DNA from: an uncultured bacterium
GTDB lineage: Bacteria; Babelota; Babeliae; Babelales; Vermiphilaceae
Direction of reading: 5' to 3'
Assembly (NCBI GenBank): GCA_963695335.1
Contig: OY968764.1
Location: 1,184,001 to 1,248,000, forward strand
Length of the DNA stretch: 64,000 bases
Part shown: positions 50,469-61,061 of the stretch, piece after piece
Position numbering within the stretch: the first letter of the stretch is position 1
Layout: each line of letters opens with the position of its first letter
The notes under the pieces: generated by a model
Seen by the model: the letters and a program-made list of their open reading frames with translations, nothing else
Databases searched by the model: none
Told to the model about the DNA's origin: nothing
Position numbers and translations under genes: made by a program

Positions 50469-52034
50469 CTATTTAACCCTGTTTTTTCCATAATTTAACA
50501 CCATTATCATCAACCCATTCACCACAATTCCTGCACCAAGGGATACACAGAAGCTCTTATAAAACCCACTGTCATACAACAATCCAACAACTATGAAAGC
50601 TGCCAACGTACCAATAACCACCGGAACTGCATAATCAAATTGAGATCTTGCATGCCGCAATGGTTCTATGCCCGTACTTGTTGCCGTCATAACCGTTGTA
50701 TCTGCAACAGGAGAAATATGGTTTCCACACGCAGCCCCAGAGAGCACCGCACCGAGTGCAGGGAATAAAAGCGGTATTTGATCAAGCTCCACGGGAGGAG
50801 TAAGTTGCAACAAAGAAATAAGCATTTGCGTTGTAATAGGGATTAACAATGAAAATGTACCCCAAGCAGATCCTGTTGCAAGCGTAATAACCAAGGATGC
50901 AATAAATGACATTACGGGAATTAACCATAATGAAACCGTACCCAGTAAAAGATGCGCTACATAGCTTCCTGTCTGCAGTTCAAGACGTAAAAAGGTCCCC
51001 AAAATAGATGCAAGCGCAACCATCATGATAGAAGATTTCATTAACACAGCCCCTTCATACACAAACAAAGGAATCTGCGCACATGAAATCTTTTTTTTAT
51101 ACACAAAAAATAACACACTCAAAATAAATGAGACCAAGCTTGAAATGAAGAAAATCAAAAATGTTTTATCATTTTCTCTGAATGCATCAAAAAATGAATT
51201 ATTACCACCAAAAAGATGATAATTGCCTGCATATAATATGCCAAACAACACACCTCCAATAAATACAGTAAGCGGCATTAACAGCTCAAATAATGAATGG
51301 TCGCGCGCCACAGCAGCATCATTTTCACTCATGACCACCGCATCACGCTCATCTTGTGCTATTAACCCATATCCAACACGGAATATAACAAAACAAAAAA
51401 CTGATACAACAACAAGTAATGAATAAAACACAAACGGAATCGTTTTCAAATAAACATACAATGGATCAGCTATAATTTTATGAGGTGCATTCATGTGAAT
51501 GCCAGCATTATCAAGCTGCACCAAAATCACCGCAGCCCATGTTGATATCGGCATAATGATAACTAATGGCCCTGCTAGAGCATGCACTATATACGCAAGT
51601 TTTGTTCGCGCAACAGCAAATCTATCCGCTATCGGTTTCATCACAAAACCAACCGTTAAAATACTCAAATAATCATCAATACTTAATAAAAAAGAAAGCA
51701 TGATTGTTGATAATTCAACACCACGCTTTGTACGCATTTTTTTACCAATGATGCGTGCACATCCTGCAGCAGCTCCCGTCACCGTTAACAATGTAATAAG
51801 TGAACTGATAACAATCAACAAAAGATACATATAGATGTTATCCAGATCAGTAAAATGAGTAACGCATTTCTCTCCACATAACATTAATGCAGAAATTACA
51901 TTCCCCTGCGTTGCAATCAATGCAGCAGAAGCAATTCCTAATGCAAGTGAAAGGTTCAAATGCTGCGTAACATACACAGCACCTATTACAATTATTGGTG
52001 GCAATAACGAAAGCCATGTTAACTGCATACACAA
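50469..52034 (-). CDS. NhaC-family Na+/H+ antiporter-like transporter
   Basis: IDDY, PISTW, ATGSAWGT, GNHISPVADTT. Confidence 0.85.
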   Translation of the reverse strand: MCMQLTWLSLLPPIIVIGAVYVTQHLNLSLALGIASAALIATQGNVISALMLCGEKCVTHFTDLDNIYMYLLLIVISSLITLLTVTGAAAGCARIIGKKMRTKRGVELSTIMLSFLLSIDDYLSILTVGFVMKPIADRFAVARTKLAYIVHALAGPLVIIMPISTWAAVILVQLDNAGIHMNAPHKIIADPLYVYLKTIPFVFYSLLVVVSVFCFVIFRVGYGLIAQDERDAVVMSENDAAVARDHSLFELLMPLTVFIGGVLFGILYAGNYHLFGGNNSFFDAFRENDKTFLIFFISSLVSFILSVLFFVYKKKISCAQIPLFVYEGAVLMKSSIMMVALASILGTFLRLELQTGSYVAHLLLGTVSLWLIPVMSFIASLVITLATGSAWGTFSLLIPITTQMLISLLQLTPPVELDQIPLLFPALGAVLSGAACGNHISPVADTTVMTATSTGIEPLRHARSQFDYAVPVVIGTLAAFIVVGLLYDSGFYKSFCVSLGAGIVVNGLMIMVLNYGKNRVK

Positions 52035-52063
52035 TCCTTAGAATTTACCCGAAAATTCCAATT

Positions 52064-52117
52064 CCGCTCGCCCTGAGTGTTTTTGCAAAAGCAAAAATGT
52101 ATCGAAGGGTTAAGCGG
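52064..52117. repeat. Family C palindrome
   Basis: Differs from 15287-15339 by one extra A. Confidence 0.85.
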
Positions 52118-52128
52118 GGGGGAGTTAA

Positions 52129-53520
52129 TTAATTAAAATCTTCATCATCAAAATCTTCGTCTTCGTCATCTTCATACTCATCTTCTTCATCATCACTCTC
52201 ACCACTCAACGCTTGCTGCATTAATCGTTCAATATCATCAGCATCTTTTGGCAAACGTTCACTCAAACAAATTGCACCATCTTTGGTGATCCAATAATTA
52301 TCTTCAATACGAATACCGATATTTTCTGCAGCGATATAAATACCCGGTTCGATCGTGATAACATCACCTTCATGCAACGGCACATTATAATCACCAACAT
52401 CATGAACATCAAGCCCAAGATAATGACCAACTCCATGAGGAAAATATTTGTCATAACCACGTTGAGCTAAAAATTTTACCGCCAAATGATGCAATGATTT
52501 ATCAACTTTATCTTTGTTTTTAAGCCACATACCTGGCTTTGCTAGCGATGCAATATGTTCTTGTGTTTCAAGAACAATGTTATACAACTCTTTTTGGCGC
52601 TTGGTAAACGTTCCTGATACGGGATACGTACGCGTTAAATCAGCACAGTAATTATCAAGTTCTGCACCAATATCAACAACTACCAAATCACCATTTTTAA
52701 CTGATCCACTGTTTTGATTATAGTGCAGCACCGTACCATTTTTACCACTTGCAACAATGCTTGGAAATGATGGTCGTGCGTGAGATGCAATCATCATATA
52801 TTCCAAAGAAGCTTGCACTTCAGCTTCCAAAACATCATGTTTTATCGCTTGCACTGCTGATTCATGCGCAAGTTCAGTAATTTCTATAGCGCGATATATG
52901 TGCTCAACTTCACCCATATCTTTACGACGTCGACTTGCTGCTATAAACGATGAAACATCAACAACTGATTTTTGCAATTCAGGAATAAATTTTTGTAGAT
53001 GATCCAGAATAAACCGTGTATTCACGTATTCGTGACCATTGTTTGGTGCAGTAGTGAAGAGCGTTCCACCATCTTTTAACAGATCTTCTATCAATGCAAT
53101 CATATGCGCATATTCATGCTGAGAAAAATAAGGATTCAATTCACACCCTGCACATTCATCACCCAACAGTTCAACTGCATCAACGCCCAATGCCTTTGCA
53201 TCACGGTTAACTAATGCTGCTGGCAATGTCATCCATTGTGCACGTTTTTCAAAACAGTTAGGAATATACAATGTTGATTTGCCCGTCATATCAATAACCA
53301 AAGCAGTGCCTGGTTCATTCACTCCGGTATAATAATAAAATGTCTTATCTTGTCTAAAACGCTCACTACCTTGTTCAAATGCCGCAAATAAAACAACTTT
53401 GCCGTTTTTTTTATCCGGCAACTCGGACTTAATAGCCTCAATTAATTCTTTTCTTCGCAATGAATAGACTGATAATTTATCTGTACGTGGCGCCAAACCA
53501 CCAAAAAAATCTGATATCAT
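52129..53520 (-). CDS. pepP: Xaa-Pro aminopeptidase with an acidic tail
   Basis: FRQDKTFYYYTG, DLTRT, HYLGLDVHD, TIEPGIY, GIRIED. Confidence 0.9.
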   Translation of the reverse strand: MISDFFGGLAPRTDKLSVYSLRRKELIEAIKSELPDKKNGKVVLFAAFEQGSERFRQDKTFYYYTGVNEPGTALVIDMTGKSTLYIPNCFEKRAQWMTLPAALVNRDAKALGVDAVELLGDECAGCELNPYFSQHEYAHMIALIEDLLKDGGTLFTTAPNNGHEYVNTRFILDHLQKFIPELQKSVVDVSSFIAASRRRKDMGEVEHIYRAIEITELAHESAVQAIKHDVLEAEVQASLEYMMIASHARPSFPSIVASGKNGTVLHYNQNSGSVKNGDLVVVDIGAELDNYCADLTRTYPVSGTFTKRQKELYNIVLETQEHIASLAKPGMWLKNKDKVDKSLHHLAVKFLAQRGYDKYFPHGVGHYLGLDVHDVGDYNVPLHEGDVITIEPGIYIAAENIGIRIEDNYWITKDGAICLSERLPKDADDIERLMQQALSGESDDEEDEYEDDEDEDFDDEDFN

Positions 53521-53539
53521 AATAACCTTTACAATGATG

Positions 53540-53628
53540 CCGTCGTATGCTTCGACAAGCTCAGCACGAACGGCTAATAAAATATTACAAACTCCGTTCG
53601 CATTGAGCCTGTCGAAATGTGCGAACGG
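53540..53628. repeat. Family A REP inverted doublet
   Basis: CTTCGACAAGCTCAGCACGAACGG ... CCGTTCGCATTGAGCCTGTCGAAATG. Confidence 0.85.
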
Positions 53629-54237
53629 TTAAAATGGGCGTCGCTCTGAAAGAGCTTTAAACACCGTTAAACGGTCCATACCTTCCAAAGATGAGCCTAC
53701 TGGCAAACCACGCGCCAAACAAGAGATAACAATATTTTTATCTTTTAGTTTGCGTGCAATATAACTTGCAGTCGCTTCCCCCTCAGGCGTTTGATTTGTT
53801 GCTAAAATGAGCTCTTTAATTATTCCTTTTCCCACTCGTTCAACAAGCGCATCAATCGTCAAATCTTCCGCATCCACACCTTCAAGTGGAGAAATTGATC
53901 CACCAAGCACATGATACAATCCTATGTACCCTTTTGTTTTTTCTATCGCAACAATTTCTTGCCATGTTTCTACAACACAGACCGTTGCATGATCCCGTTT
54001 TGATGATGCACAAAAAATACATCCTGCTGATATTTCTCGCCAAAAAAAACATTGATCACATTTCTTTAAACGATCTTTTACCACTTCTAATGATGCACAA
54101 AATTGCGCAACATGTTGTGGTTCCATCTCTAAAAAATGAGAAGCAACTCGATATAAATTTTTTGAAGCTAAATATGGAACTTGTTGTAAAATTTTAAGCA
54201 AATGCGCAAGTGACGGCAATTCTTCTATCATAGTCAC
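53629..54237 (-). CDS. recR: Recombination mediator RecR
   Basis: C4 zinc finger, YHVLGG, ATNQTPEGEATA, ARGLPVG. Confidence 0.95.
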   Translation of the reverse strand: MTMIEELPSLAHLLKILQQVPYLASKNLYRVASHFLEMEPQHVAQFCASLEVVKDRLKKCDQCFFWREISAGCIFCASSKRDHATVCVVETWQEIVAIEKTKGYIGLYHVLGGSISPLEGVDAEDLTIDALVERVGKGIIKELILATNQTPEGEATASYIARKLKDKNIVISCLARGLPVGSSLEGMDRLTVFKALSERRPF

Positions 54238-55781
54238 ACCAATTTAAAAAAATGCATAAGTCTTGTTTGTATAAAACCAAAAATTCTGCCCATCAAAAAA
54301 TACAACGTTAATCCTGCTGACAGCGTTGATGTAAATGCACCAAACACAAACGCCATCATAATTTTACTCATACGTTGTTGCGGATTACCACTCGTATCAT
54401 TGAGCAACATAACAATAATCAACAACACCGAAAGAATAAAATATGGATCGCGCGATGAAAGGTCTGGTATCCACAAGAACGGAGCTTGATACAGCTCAAA
54501 TGAACTCGAAAGCACACGACTCAATGCAAAAAAAATAGGTATGTTTAACAATATAGGTATTAAACATCCAAACCCTCCAGGCAACCCTCTTTTACGAATC
54601 AATGCGGTACGCTCTGCAAGTAATTTTTCTTGATTTCCTGCAAATCGTTGCTCGATAAATGCTAGCTCACGTTGATATTCCGCTTGCTGCTTTTTAAATT
54701 TCTCTTCACTGTTGCGCAACGAAACTGGCAATAAACAAATCTGTATCAACAACGTTAATAAAATAATAGCTAAACCATAATTATGAACATATGTATACAA
54801 CCAATTTAAAATATATAACAACAGTTTAGCGAGCGCTGAAAGCATACCAGAATAATCTAATGTTTTTTCTAAACGCGTATCAACTGCAGCAATCGCATTA
54901 AGTTCTTTAGGCCCAAAATAAAAAGATAATGTCCACGATGTTTTTTCAGTAACAGCTGGACCTTCTACAACAGAAAAGAGATGAGTTGTTTCTTCTAATT
55001 TATAATATGCGCGTTGAGCAAAGTGATGATGATCTTCAACAAGTGCATGGATAAAATAGCGATCGTCAGCACCAAACATCATCGGCTTAAACCAGCCACG
55101 ATGAACATCCAATTTATTCAAATATGTTTTTGCAAAAACATCATTTTGGTCGATAACAATTGATGAAATAACATCCGGCGATGTAAGCTCTGGCATCATT
55201 GGAGCAGGAAAGAAAATGCGCGGTTCTATAACATTGTGATGACCATTTTTTGGAGCAATTTCAACAGATAAATCAATTTGTGGTTTGTGTTTATCAACAG
55301 TAAAGAGTTTTTGTATCACGCAATCTTCATTTCCACCAACATAGATTAATTCATAATTGGTCTCATTTTCTTGTGCAGATAGTAAGGTATAATAAAATGG
55401 CGTTGCGCTTTGTAAAGCTACCAAAAAGCATCTATTTTCTCGCTCTGTATCAGCTGCAGGAAACACTGTGCGAACTGTTTTGATGTGACCATCAGATTCT
55501 CTTTTAAAATCAATGCTATCAAGTGATGCACCCTCTGTTGAGAATGATAGGTGTCCCCACTCCGTTTCACAATCAGTTATCTGGGTATGAGATGCGCGCT
55601 TTTGATCGTAAAAATCAACTTCTACACTCAACGGTCTATATTCTTTTTTTTCTCGCGGAGCAATAAACGTACTTTCAACTGATTCTTTTGATGTATTGCC
55701 TGGAAAAAAATAATTTAATGCAATAACACTCACAAAAGCTAAACTAATGGGTAAAACCATGTCGCGCATATTCATATACAT
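54234..55781 (-). CDS. yidC: Membrane protein insertase YidC
   Basis: YFGPK, NYGLAII, GCL, WIPDLS..DPY. Confidence 0.9.
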   Translation of the reverse strand: MYMNMRDMVLPISLAFVSVIALNYFFPGNTSKESVESTFIAPREKKEYRPLSVEVDFYDQKRASHTQITDCETEWGHLSFSTEGASLDSIDFKRESDGHIKTVRTVFPAADTERENRCFLVALQSATPFYYTLLSAQENETNYELIYVGGNEDCVIQKLFTVDKHKPQIDLSVEIAPKNGHHNVIEPRIFFPAPMMPELTSPDVISSIVIDQNDVFAKTYLNKLDVHRGWFKPMMFGADDRYFIHALVEDHHHFAQRAYYKLEETTHLFSVVEGPAVTEKTSWTLSFYFGPKELNAIAAVDTRLEKTLDYSGMLSALAKLLLYILNWLYTYVHNYGLAIILLTLLIQICLLPVSLRNSEEKFKKQQAEYQRELAFIEQRFAGNQEKLLAERTALIRKRGLPGGFGCLIPILLNIPIFFALSRVLSSSFELYQAPFLWIPDLSSRDPYFILSVLLIIVMLLNDTSGNPQQRMSKIMMAFVFGAFTSTLSAGLTLYFLMGRIFGFIQTRLMHFFKLV

Positions 55782-55842
55782 ACCTCATAAAAATTGACTA
55801 ATTTATCACATTAATGGTACCATAAAAATGAATTTTCAGCTA

Positions 55843-55876
55843 GCTTGCCCTACGAAGTTTTAACGAAGTAGGGTGC
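55843..55876. repeat. Family E-like palindrome
   Basis: CCCTACGAAGTTTTAACGAAGTAGGG. Confidence 0.55.
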
Positions 55877-55925
55877 TCTCTATAAACTAAAAAATAACAA
55901 ACTAAAAAAAAGGAAAGATATTCTT

Positions 55926-56333
55926 ATGAAAATGCAAAAAAGAAAATTCCGCATCGGTGAACTTGCAGACAAACTTGAACTTGAACGCTTTGTTGTACGT
56001 TTCTGGGAAAAAGAGTTCAGCATAAAAACAAAACGATCTCAGGGCAGCCAACGCTTTTATGACGAGAACGATCTTAAAAAATTTGAAACAATCAAACGTC
56101 TTTTGTATGAAGAAGGCTTTACCATCTCTGGTGCAAAAAAGAAACTCAAAGACAAATCATCTGCCAAAGAAAAATCTTCAACTAAAAATGATATTATTGC
56201 TTCACAAAAAACAACAATGGAAGACACTAAAAAAGCATCTTCCAATCAGTCTGAACATGAAAAAATTGAACATCTCTCGCAACAAATTGTGGATTTAAAA
56301 AATAAATTACGCAAATTACGAGAGATGCTTTAA
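55926..56333 (+). CDS. MerR-family HTH protein
   Basis: FRIGELA, VRFWEKEF, LLYEEGFTISGA. Confidence 0.85.
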   Translation: MKMQKRKFRIGELADKLELERFVVRFWEKEFSIKTKRSQGSQRFYDENDLKKFETIKRLLYEEGFTISGAKKKLKDKSSAKEKSSTKNDIIASQKTTMEDTKKASSNQSEHEKIEHLSQQIVDLKNKLRKLREML

Positions 56334-56361
56334 AATTGATTTTTTTTATAAAAAGAGAATC

Positions 56362-57351
56362 TTATGACCAATTCTCAATATTATGCAATTGAGATTCTCT
56401 TTTTAAAATTTCTTTGCAATCTTGCGCAGTGGAAAATCCAATATCACGCCAATTCAAGCGCTTCAACAACTCAACAAATCTATTCATATATTTTTCTTTA
56501 TCTGTTTCATTCGCAAGATATTCCACCCAACTCTTAAATAATTTTTTTAAAGCATCTACTCTAGCTTTTTTTGAGTCTTGACTAACAAAAGCAATCAGTT
56601 CACTTTTGAACGCTTTTCCATCAGGTCTTCTTAGCCGTAAAGTGCTACCAGTATAGCGGGGTTCAGAATAAGCTTTTACAATCGAGTGATCCACGCAATG
56701 CAATTCGCACTTAAAACCATCATCTGAAAAAGAAATTGTAGGCCTACCATCTTCGTTCAATTCAGCCAAAAAACAAGGATAACACAAATCTGTAACACCT
56801 GAATAATATCCAGCAAACGCGAAAAAAGGTTCAAGAATAACATACTTCATTGCGTTACTCACGGCATAATATTGCGCAGCATCCTCATGCAAAGCCATAG
56901 CAAAAATTCTTGATTTTATACTATTTTGTTCTGCACTACACAATAACTTTTCATGCATACCATCCAACAATTCTACAGCTTCCATGTTATTTAAAACAGT
57001 TTGATACTGCTTCACGCGTGAACTTATATGCTCAAATTGCCGGAAAAAACGATTTCTGTTTTCTTTATCAGTATCAACACGCTTTTTATTTTCACCACTT
57101 TCACCCGAATATCTACAAAACCGTGGCTCTATAGTTACATCTGAAGGGTCAAATTCATTGAGAAACCAATTCATTTTTTCTCGAATCCCATCAATGCTCT
57201 CTTTATTTTCACCATATCCATATGGATATTTGTTAAATAACTTTGCAAGCCGTAAGGCTTTTGCATCATCTTCAGGTGATAATGTTGCTAGTTTCATTGC
57301 ACAAGCATTCTGTGCAAGCAATATTACCAAACCTAAAATATATTTATTCAT
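56362..57351 (-). CDS. Secreted orphan
   Basis: Signal peptide MNKYILGLVILLAQNACAMK, similar to that of the adjacent gene. Confidence 0.65.
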   Translation of the reverse strand: MNKYILGLVILLAQNACAMKLATLSPEDDAKALRLAKLFNKYPYGYGENKESIDGIREKMNWFLNEFDPSDVTIEPRFCRYSGESGENKKRVDTDKENRNRFFRQFEHISSRVKQYQTVLNNMEAVELLDGMHEKLLCSAEQNSIKSRIFAMALHEDAAQYYAVSNAMKYVILEPFFAFAGYYSGVTDLCYPCFLAELNEDGRPTISFSDDGFKCELHCVDHSIVKAYSEPRYTGSTLRLRRPDGKAFKSELIAFVSQDSKKARVDALKKLFKSWVEYLANETDKEKYMNRFVELLKRLNWRDIGFSTAQDCKEILKRESQLHNIENWS

Positions 57352-57961
57352 AAAAAATGCCTCTGTTTTGTACTATATACCAGAATAGAATAATAGGATC
57401 ATAATATTCTTCAACAAAAGCTTTTATTTTTTCCCTCAAATCAATCACATCAAGGCTCACTGGGAAATAATTATAATTCTGCAACTGCTTAACATTCTTT
57501 ATATAATTACAGCCATATACCTCTAACGCCTTATCTTTATTATGTTTCTGGCGAAACGAATGATGTTCTGCTTTGAATAGTAATTCGCATAAATCATTTT
57601 TAAGTAATAAAATATAATCATCTTTTAACTGAACTTTTATCCGCCAATCAATTCTATTACCACGATCAACAAAATAATAAAACTCACAAACCTTTGCCCT
57701 AATAAACCTCTCTTTTTCAGCACTATATTTCTCATGCATCATTCCAAAAATATTTTTTTGCAACTCAAAAGGAAGTCGTTGATGAATATGCATAGGTATC
57801 AAATGATCCGCACCTATTCTCATTTTTTTATTTGGATTTCGTGAATGTTTTTCTAAAAGAGTTGCAACAGATAGATCTTTGTTATTATTAACTGACTCTT
57901 TTTCCATTGCACAAACATTATACGCAACTAACAATAACAGTCCTACAACATACTTTTTCAC
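57344..57961 (-). CDS. Secreted orphan with an F-box-like motif
   Basis: GTG start; MKKYVVGLLLLVAYNVCAME; LPFELQKNIF. Confidence 0.6.
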   Translation of the reverse strand: MKKYVVGLLLLVAYNVCAMEKESVNNNKDLSVATLLEKHSRNPNKKMRIGADHLIPMHIHQRLPFELQKNIFGMMHEKYSAEKERFIRAKVCEFYYFVDRGNRIDWRIKVQLKDDYILLLKNDLCELLFKAEHHSFRQKHNKDKALEVYGCNYIKNVKQLQNYNYFPVSLDVIDLREKIKAFVEEYYDPIILFWYIVQNRGIFYE

Positions 57962-58047
57962 AAACGCCCTCTTTTACATTGCGATGTTTTAAAAAAAATA
58001 TACATTGGTGAATAAAGTACCATATTTTTTAACACAAACATAATTTT

Positions 58048-59448
58048 ATGCTTACAAAAAAATCACACATTCACTTTGTTGGTATTGGCGGAATAGGCAT
58101 GAGTGGCATTGCAACCATTTTAAAGCAAAGTGGTCACACTATTTCCGGATGTGATCCTGATACCAGCCAAGATACCATTGCACAATTACGCCACTTAGGT
58201 TGCAAAGTATATAAAAATAATAACGCAACAGAATGTGATGATGCAACCATTGATATTCTTGTATATATCCCCATGTATGCCACAACAATTCCTGCCGTAA
58301 CTGCTGAAATTAAACAAGCACAACTGCGCAATATTCCAACAATTTCACGTGCACATATGCTTGCAGAACTCATGCACAAAAACCAACAAAGTATTGCAGT
58401 TGCCGGATCACATGGAAAAACAACAACTACATCATTAATTTCTCATATTTTAATTGCAAGTGACATTGACCCTACCGTTGTAATTGGTGGACAACTGAAA
58501 AATATTAATTCTAATGCCCGCAGTGGCAATGGAAATGTGTTAGTTGCAGAAGCGGATGAAAGTGATCGTTCATTTTTAGAATTGTATCCAACCATTGCAG
58601 TGATAACCAATATCGATTTGGAACATCTTGAAACGTATGCTGGCTTGGATGATATTAAACGTTGTTTTATGCAATTTTTAAACAATCTACCTACTCACGG
58701 AAAGGCAATTGTATGCACTGATGATGAAAATGTGCGTTCAATTATACATCTTACACAAATCACAACAATCACATATGGCATAGAACACGAAGCAGATTTT
58801 TTTGCGCATGATATTATTCTTAATGCTGATCATTCTACATTTACTGCATACACGAAAAACGGTCTTCTTGGCACAATTAAATTACCGATTGCTGGCAAAC
58901 ATAACATTTATAACTGCTTAGCAGCAATTGCTGTTGCACACGAACTTGGAATTGCATTTGAAACAATTGCAAAACATATTGCATCTTTTGGTGGCGTTGC
59001 ACGTAGATTTTCATTCCATGGAATGTATCAAGGTGCTGAAATTTTTGATGATTACGGGCATCACCCTAAAGAAATAGAATACACCCTCAATGTTGCACGC
59101 AAACGAACGCATAATAAACTTATTGTTGTCTTTCAACCACATCGCTATACTCGTACCGCAAAACTATGGAATGATTTTCTTTCCACATTCATCTCAAGTA
59201 ATATCGACCATCTTATCATCACGGATATCTATTCTGCTGGCGAATACCCCATTGCAAACATTTCTAGCTCTCGCTTTGCACAGGAGCTTACTCACCTAAA
59301 ACCCCCATTTACAATCCAATATATTCCCTTTGAAGACGATTTTACCCAAATAAAAGAGGTAATAGCGCGATCTGTTGGTGCAAATGATCTCCTTTTGTTC
59401 CTTGGAGCAGGGAAAGTGCATCTTATTGCTGATGAGATAGCAGAATAA
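58048..59448 (+). CDS. murC: UDP-N-acetylmuramate-L-alanine ligase
   Basis: GIGGIGMSG, GSHGKTTT, EADESD, DDYGHHP, FQPHRYTRT. Confidence 0.95.
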   Translation: MLTKKSHIHFVGIGGIGMSGIATILKQSGHTISGCDPDTSQDTIAQLRHLGCKVYKNNNATECDDATIDILVYIPMYATTIPAVTAEIKQAQLRNIPTISRAHMLAELMHKNQQSIAVAGSHGKTTTTSLISHILIASDIDPTVVIGGQLKNINSNARSGNGNVLVAEADESDRSFLELYPTIAVITNIDLEHLETYAGLDDIKRCFMQFLNNLPTHGKAIVCTDDENVRSIIHLTQITTITYGIEHEADFFAHDIILNADHSTFTAYTKNGLLGTIKLPIAGKHNIYNCLAAIAVAHELGIAFETIAKHIASFGGVARRFSFHGMYQGAEIFDDYGHHPKEIEYTLNVARKRTHNKLIVVFQPHRYTRTAKLWNDFLSTFISSNIDHLIITDIYSAGEYPIANISSSRFAQELTHLKPPFTIQYIPFEDDFTQIKEVIARSVGANDLLLFLGAGKVHLIADEIAE

Positions 59449-59571
59449 ATCCTGCTAATCGTTCAATTAACACTTTTTTCATATAAACTTACCCCAATTA
59501 TTGCCTTTTGAGTATTTCTATTGGTAATATTAGAGAGAATAGAAAAAGTCTTATCTAAAAAGGATAGTTAC

Positions 59572-59895
59572 ATGAAGAATACAAAAAACCTCGCGGTTCT
59601 TGTTACCCTTGTAGGGGTTTCAATGATATCTGCATATTACGACCGATACGGCAACTATCATCAAGATGTTGTTACAGAAGGTCTTGATACATTAACTGGT
59701 GGTAGATATTCAGATCAACCACAAGATACGTTAGCACGTAAAAAAGCTTCTCGAAAATTAGAAGATACACAAAAAGAAGCTCAACAAAAAGCAGCGGACA
59801 AAAAAAGAGAAGCACAAAGAAAATATCAAGAGAAACAAGAAGAAATTCAAAGAAAAAAAGAAGATCGTAGACTCAAAACCCAAATCAAGGAGTAG
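59572..59895 (+). CDS. Small secreted charged protein
   Basis: AAGGA RBS, signal peptide, YYDRYGNYH, K/E coiled tail. Confidence 0.65.
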   Translation: MKNTKNLAVLVTLVGVSMISAYYDRYGNYHQDVVTEGLDTLTGGRYSDQPQDTLARKKASRKLEDTQKEAQQKAADKKREAQRKYQEKQEEIQRKKEDRRLKTQIKE

Positions 59896-59898
59896 ACC

Positions 59899-60210
59899 AT
59901 GATGAACAAAAAATTGATCGCATTATTCGTTGCTATTGCAACAGTTTCAGCTGTATCTGCTGGTTGGTATGACGAAGATGGCAATTACCACCATGGTGTT
60001 AGACCACATCATGTTGTAGGCGATACAACAAGAGGTGCTGGACATGCTGCTGAAAGAACCGTAGAGGGCGCAGAAGACGTTACTTTCGGAGCTGTTGGCG
60101 GATTGTTTGGTGGTAGAGGCGTAGAAGAAAGAATAGAAGATCGTAGAGCAGATCGTGAACAAAGACGTATGGACCGTGAAGCAAGAAGAGATAAATATAA
60201 TAGAGAATAA
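59899..60210 (+). CDS. Small secreted charged protein
   Basis: Signal peptide, WYDEDGNYH, Gly-rich segment, R/E tail. Confidence 0.65.
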   Translation: MMNKKLIALFVAIATVSAVSAGWYDEDGNYHHGVRPHHVVGDTTRGAGHAAERTVEGAEDVTFGAVGGLFGGRGVEERIEDRRADREQRRMDREARRDKYNRE

Positions 60211-60221
60211 AAAGGACTGCT

Positions 60222-60563
60222 ATGAAAACTATGAAAAAAATCTTTTTCTTCGTTTTCAGCTGCATAGCACTTTCTAACCTATCAATGCATTGCTTCTATA
60301 ACGATGGTAACAACATGTGGAGAGGCGCTGCCATTGGCGGACTAGCTGGTGGTAGAAAAGGAGCTGCAATAGGCTTAGGAGTAGGTGCTATGAGCGATAT
60401 AGCAAGTAATGCTGCAACAGATAATCAACGTCGTCGTCGTTATGACGATGATGATTATTATTATGATAAAAGACGAAGAAGAAAAGAAAATCGTTCACGT
60501 CGTGACTTAGAACGAGAAAATGAAGAGTTACGACAAAGGTTAGATGAATTAGAAAACGAATAA
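60222..60563 (+). CDS. Small secreted glycine-zipper protein
   Basis: GAAIGGLAGGRKGAAIGLGVG; R/D/E tail. Confidence 0.7.
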   Translation: MKTMKKIFFFVFSCIALSNLSMHCFYNDGNNMWRGAAIGGLAGGRKGAAIGLGVGAMSDIASNAATDNQRRRRYDDDDYYYDKRRRRKENRSRRDLERENEELRQRLDELENE

Positions 60564-60599
60564 AAATTCTTCATCCCCAACCCACTATTAAGGGCAGGC

Positions 60600-61040
60600 T
60601 TACAAGCTTGCCTTTTTTAGATAGATAAAAACAGACGAATGAGATGCTTCACTCTTTTTTACAATAACCGTACAGTAACGATCTGGGCTTTCAAATTGCA
60701 AGATCGATTCTATTCCATCAAACGTCACGAGATGTTTCCACCCCAATCGTTCCATTTGAGTAATAAAAAAACCGACTACTTGCTCAGAAGATAATGAACT
60801 TTTATAGCCAAAAACTAAAGTACCACCTTCAGAGTTGTCTGAAAGTGGTATTATAATTCGTTCATCATAAAGAGGGATTGGTATATCAACAAGCATCGCT
60901 TGCTGCACAATGTCATCAAATTGGCATTGTGCGTTATCGGACAAGATAACAAGATTTTTTTTCTGCTGACATGATTGTTGTTTTGTGCAAGAGGAAAAAA
61001 GCAAACAAAACAAAAGCATCAAACAATACAGTATTACCAA
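60600..61040 (-). CDS. Putative lipoprotein
   Basis: LFSSC lipobox-like motif. Confidence 0.6.
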   Translation of the reverse strand: MVILYCLMLLFCLLFSSCTKQQSCQQKKNLVILSDNAQCQFDDIVQQAMLVDIPIPLYDERIIIPLSDNSEGGTLVFGYKSSLSSEQVVGFFITQMERLGWKHLVTFDGIESILQFESPDRYCTVIVKKSEASHSSVFIYLKKASL

Positions 61041-61061
61041 AATCCCCTCATATGGATTGGA

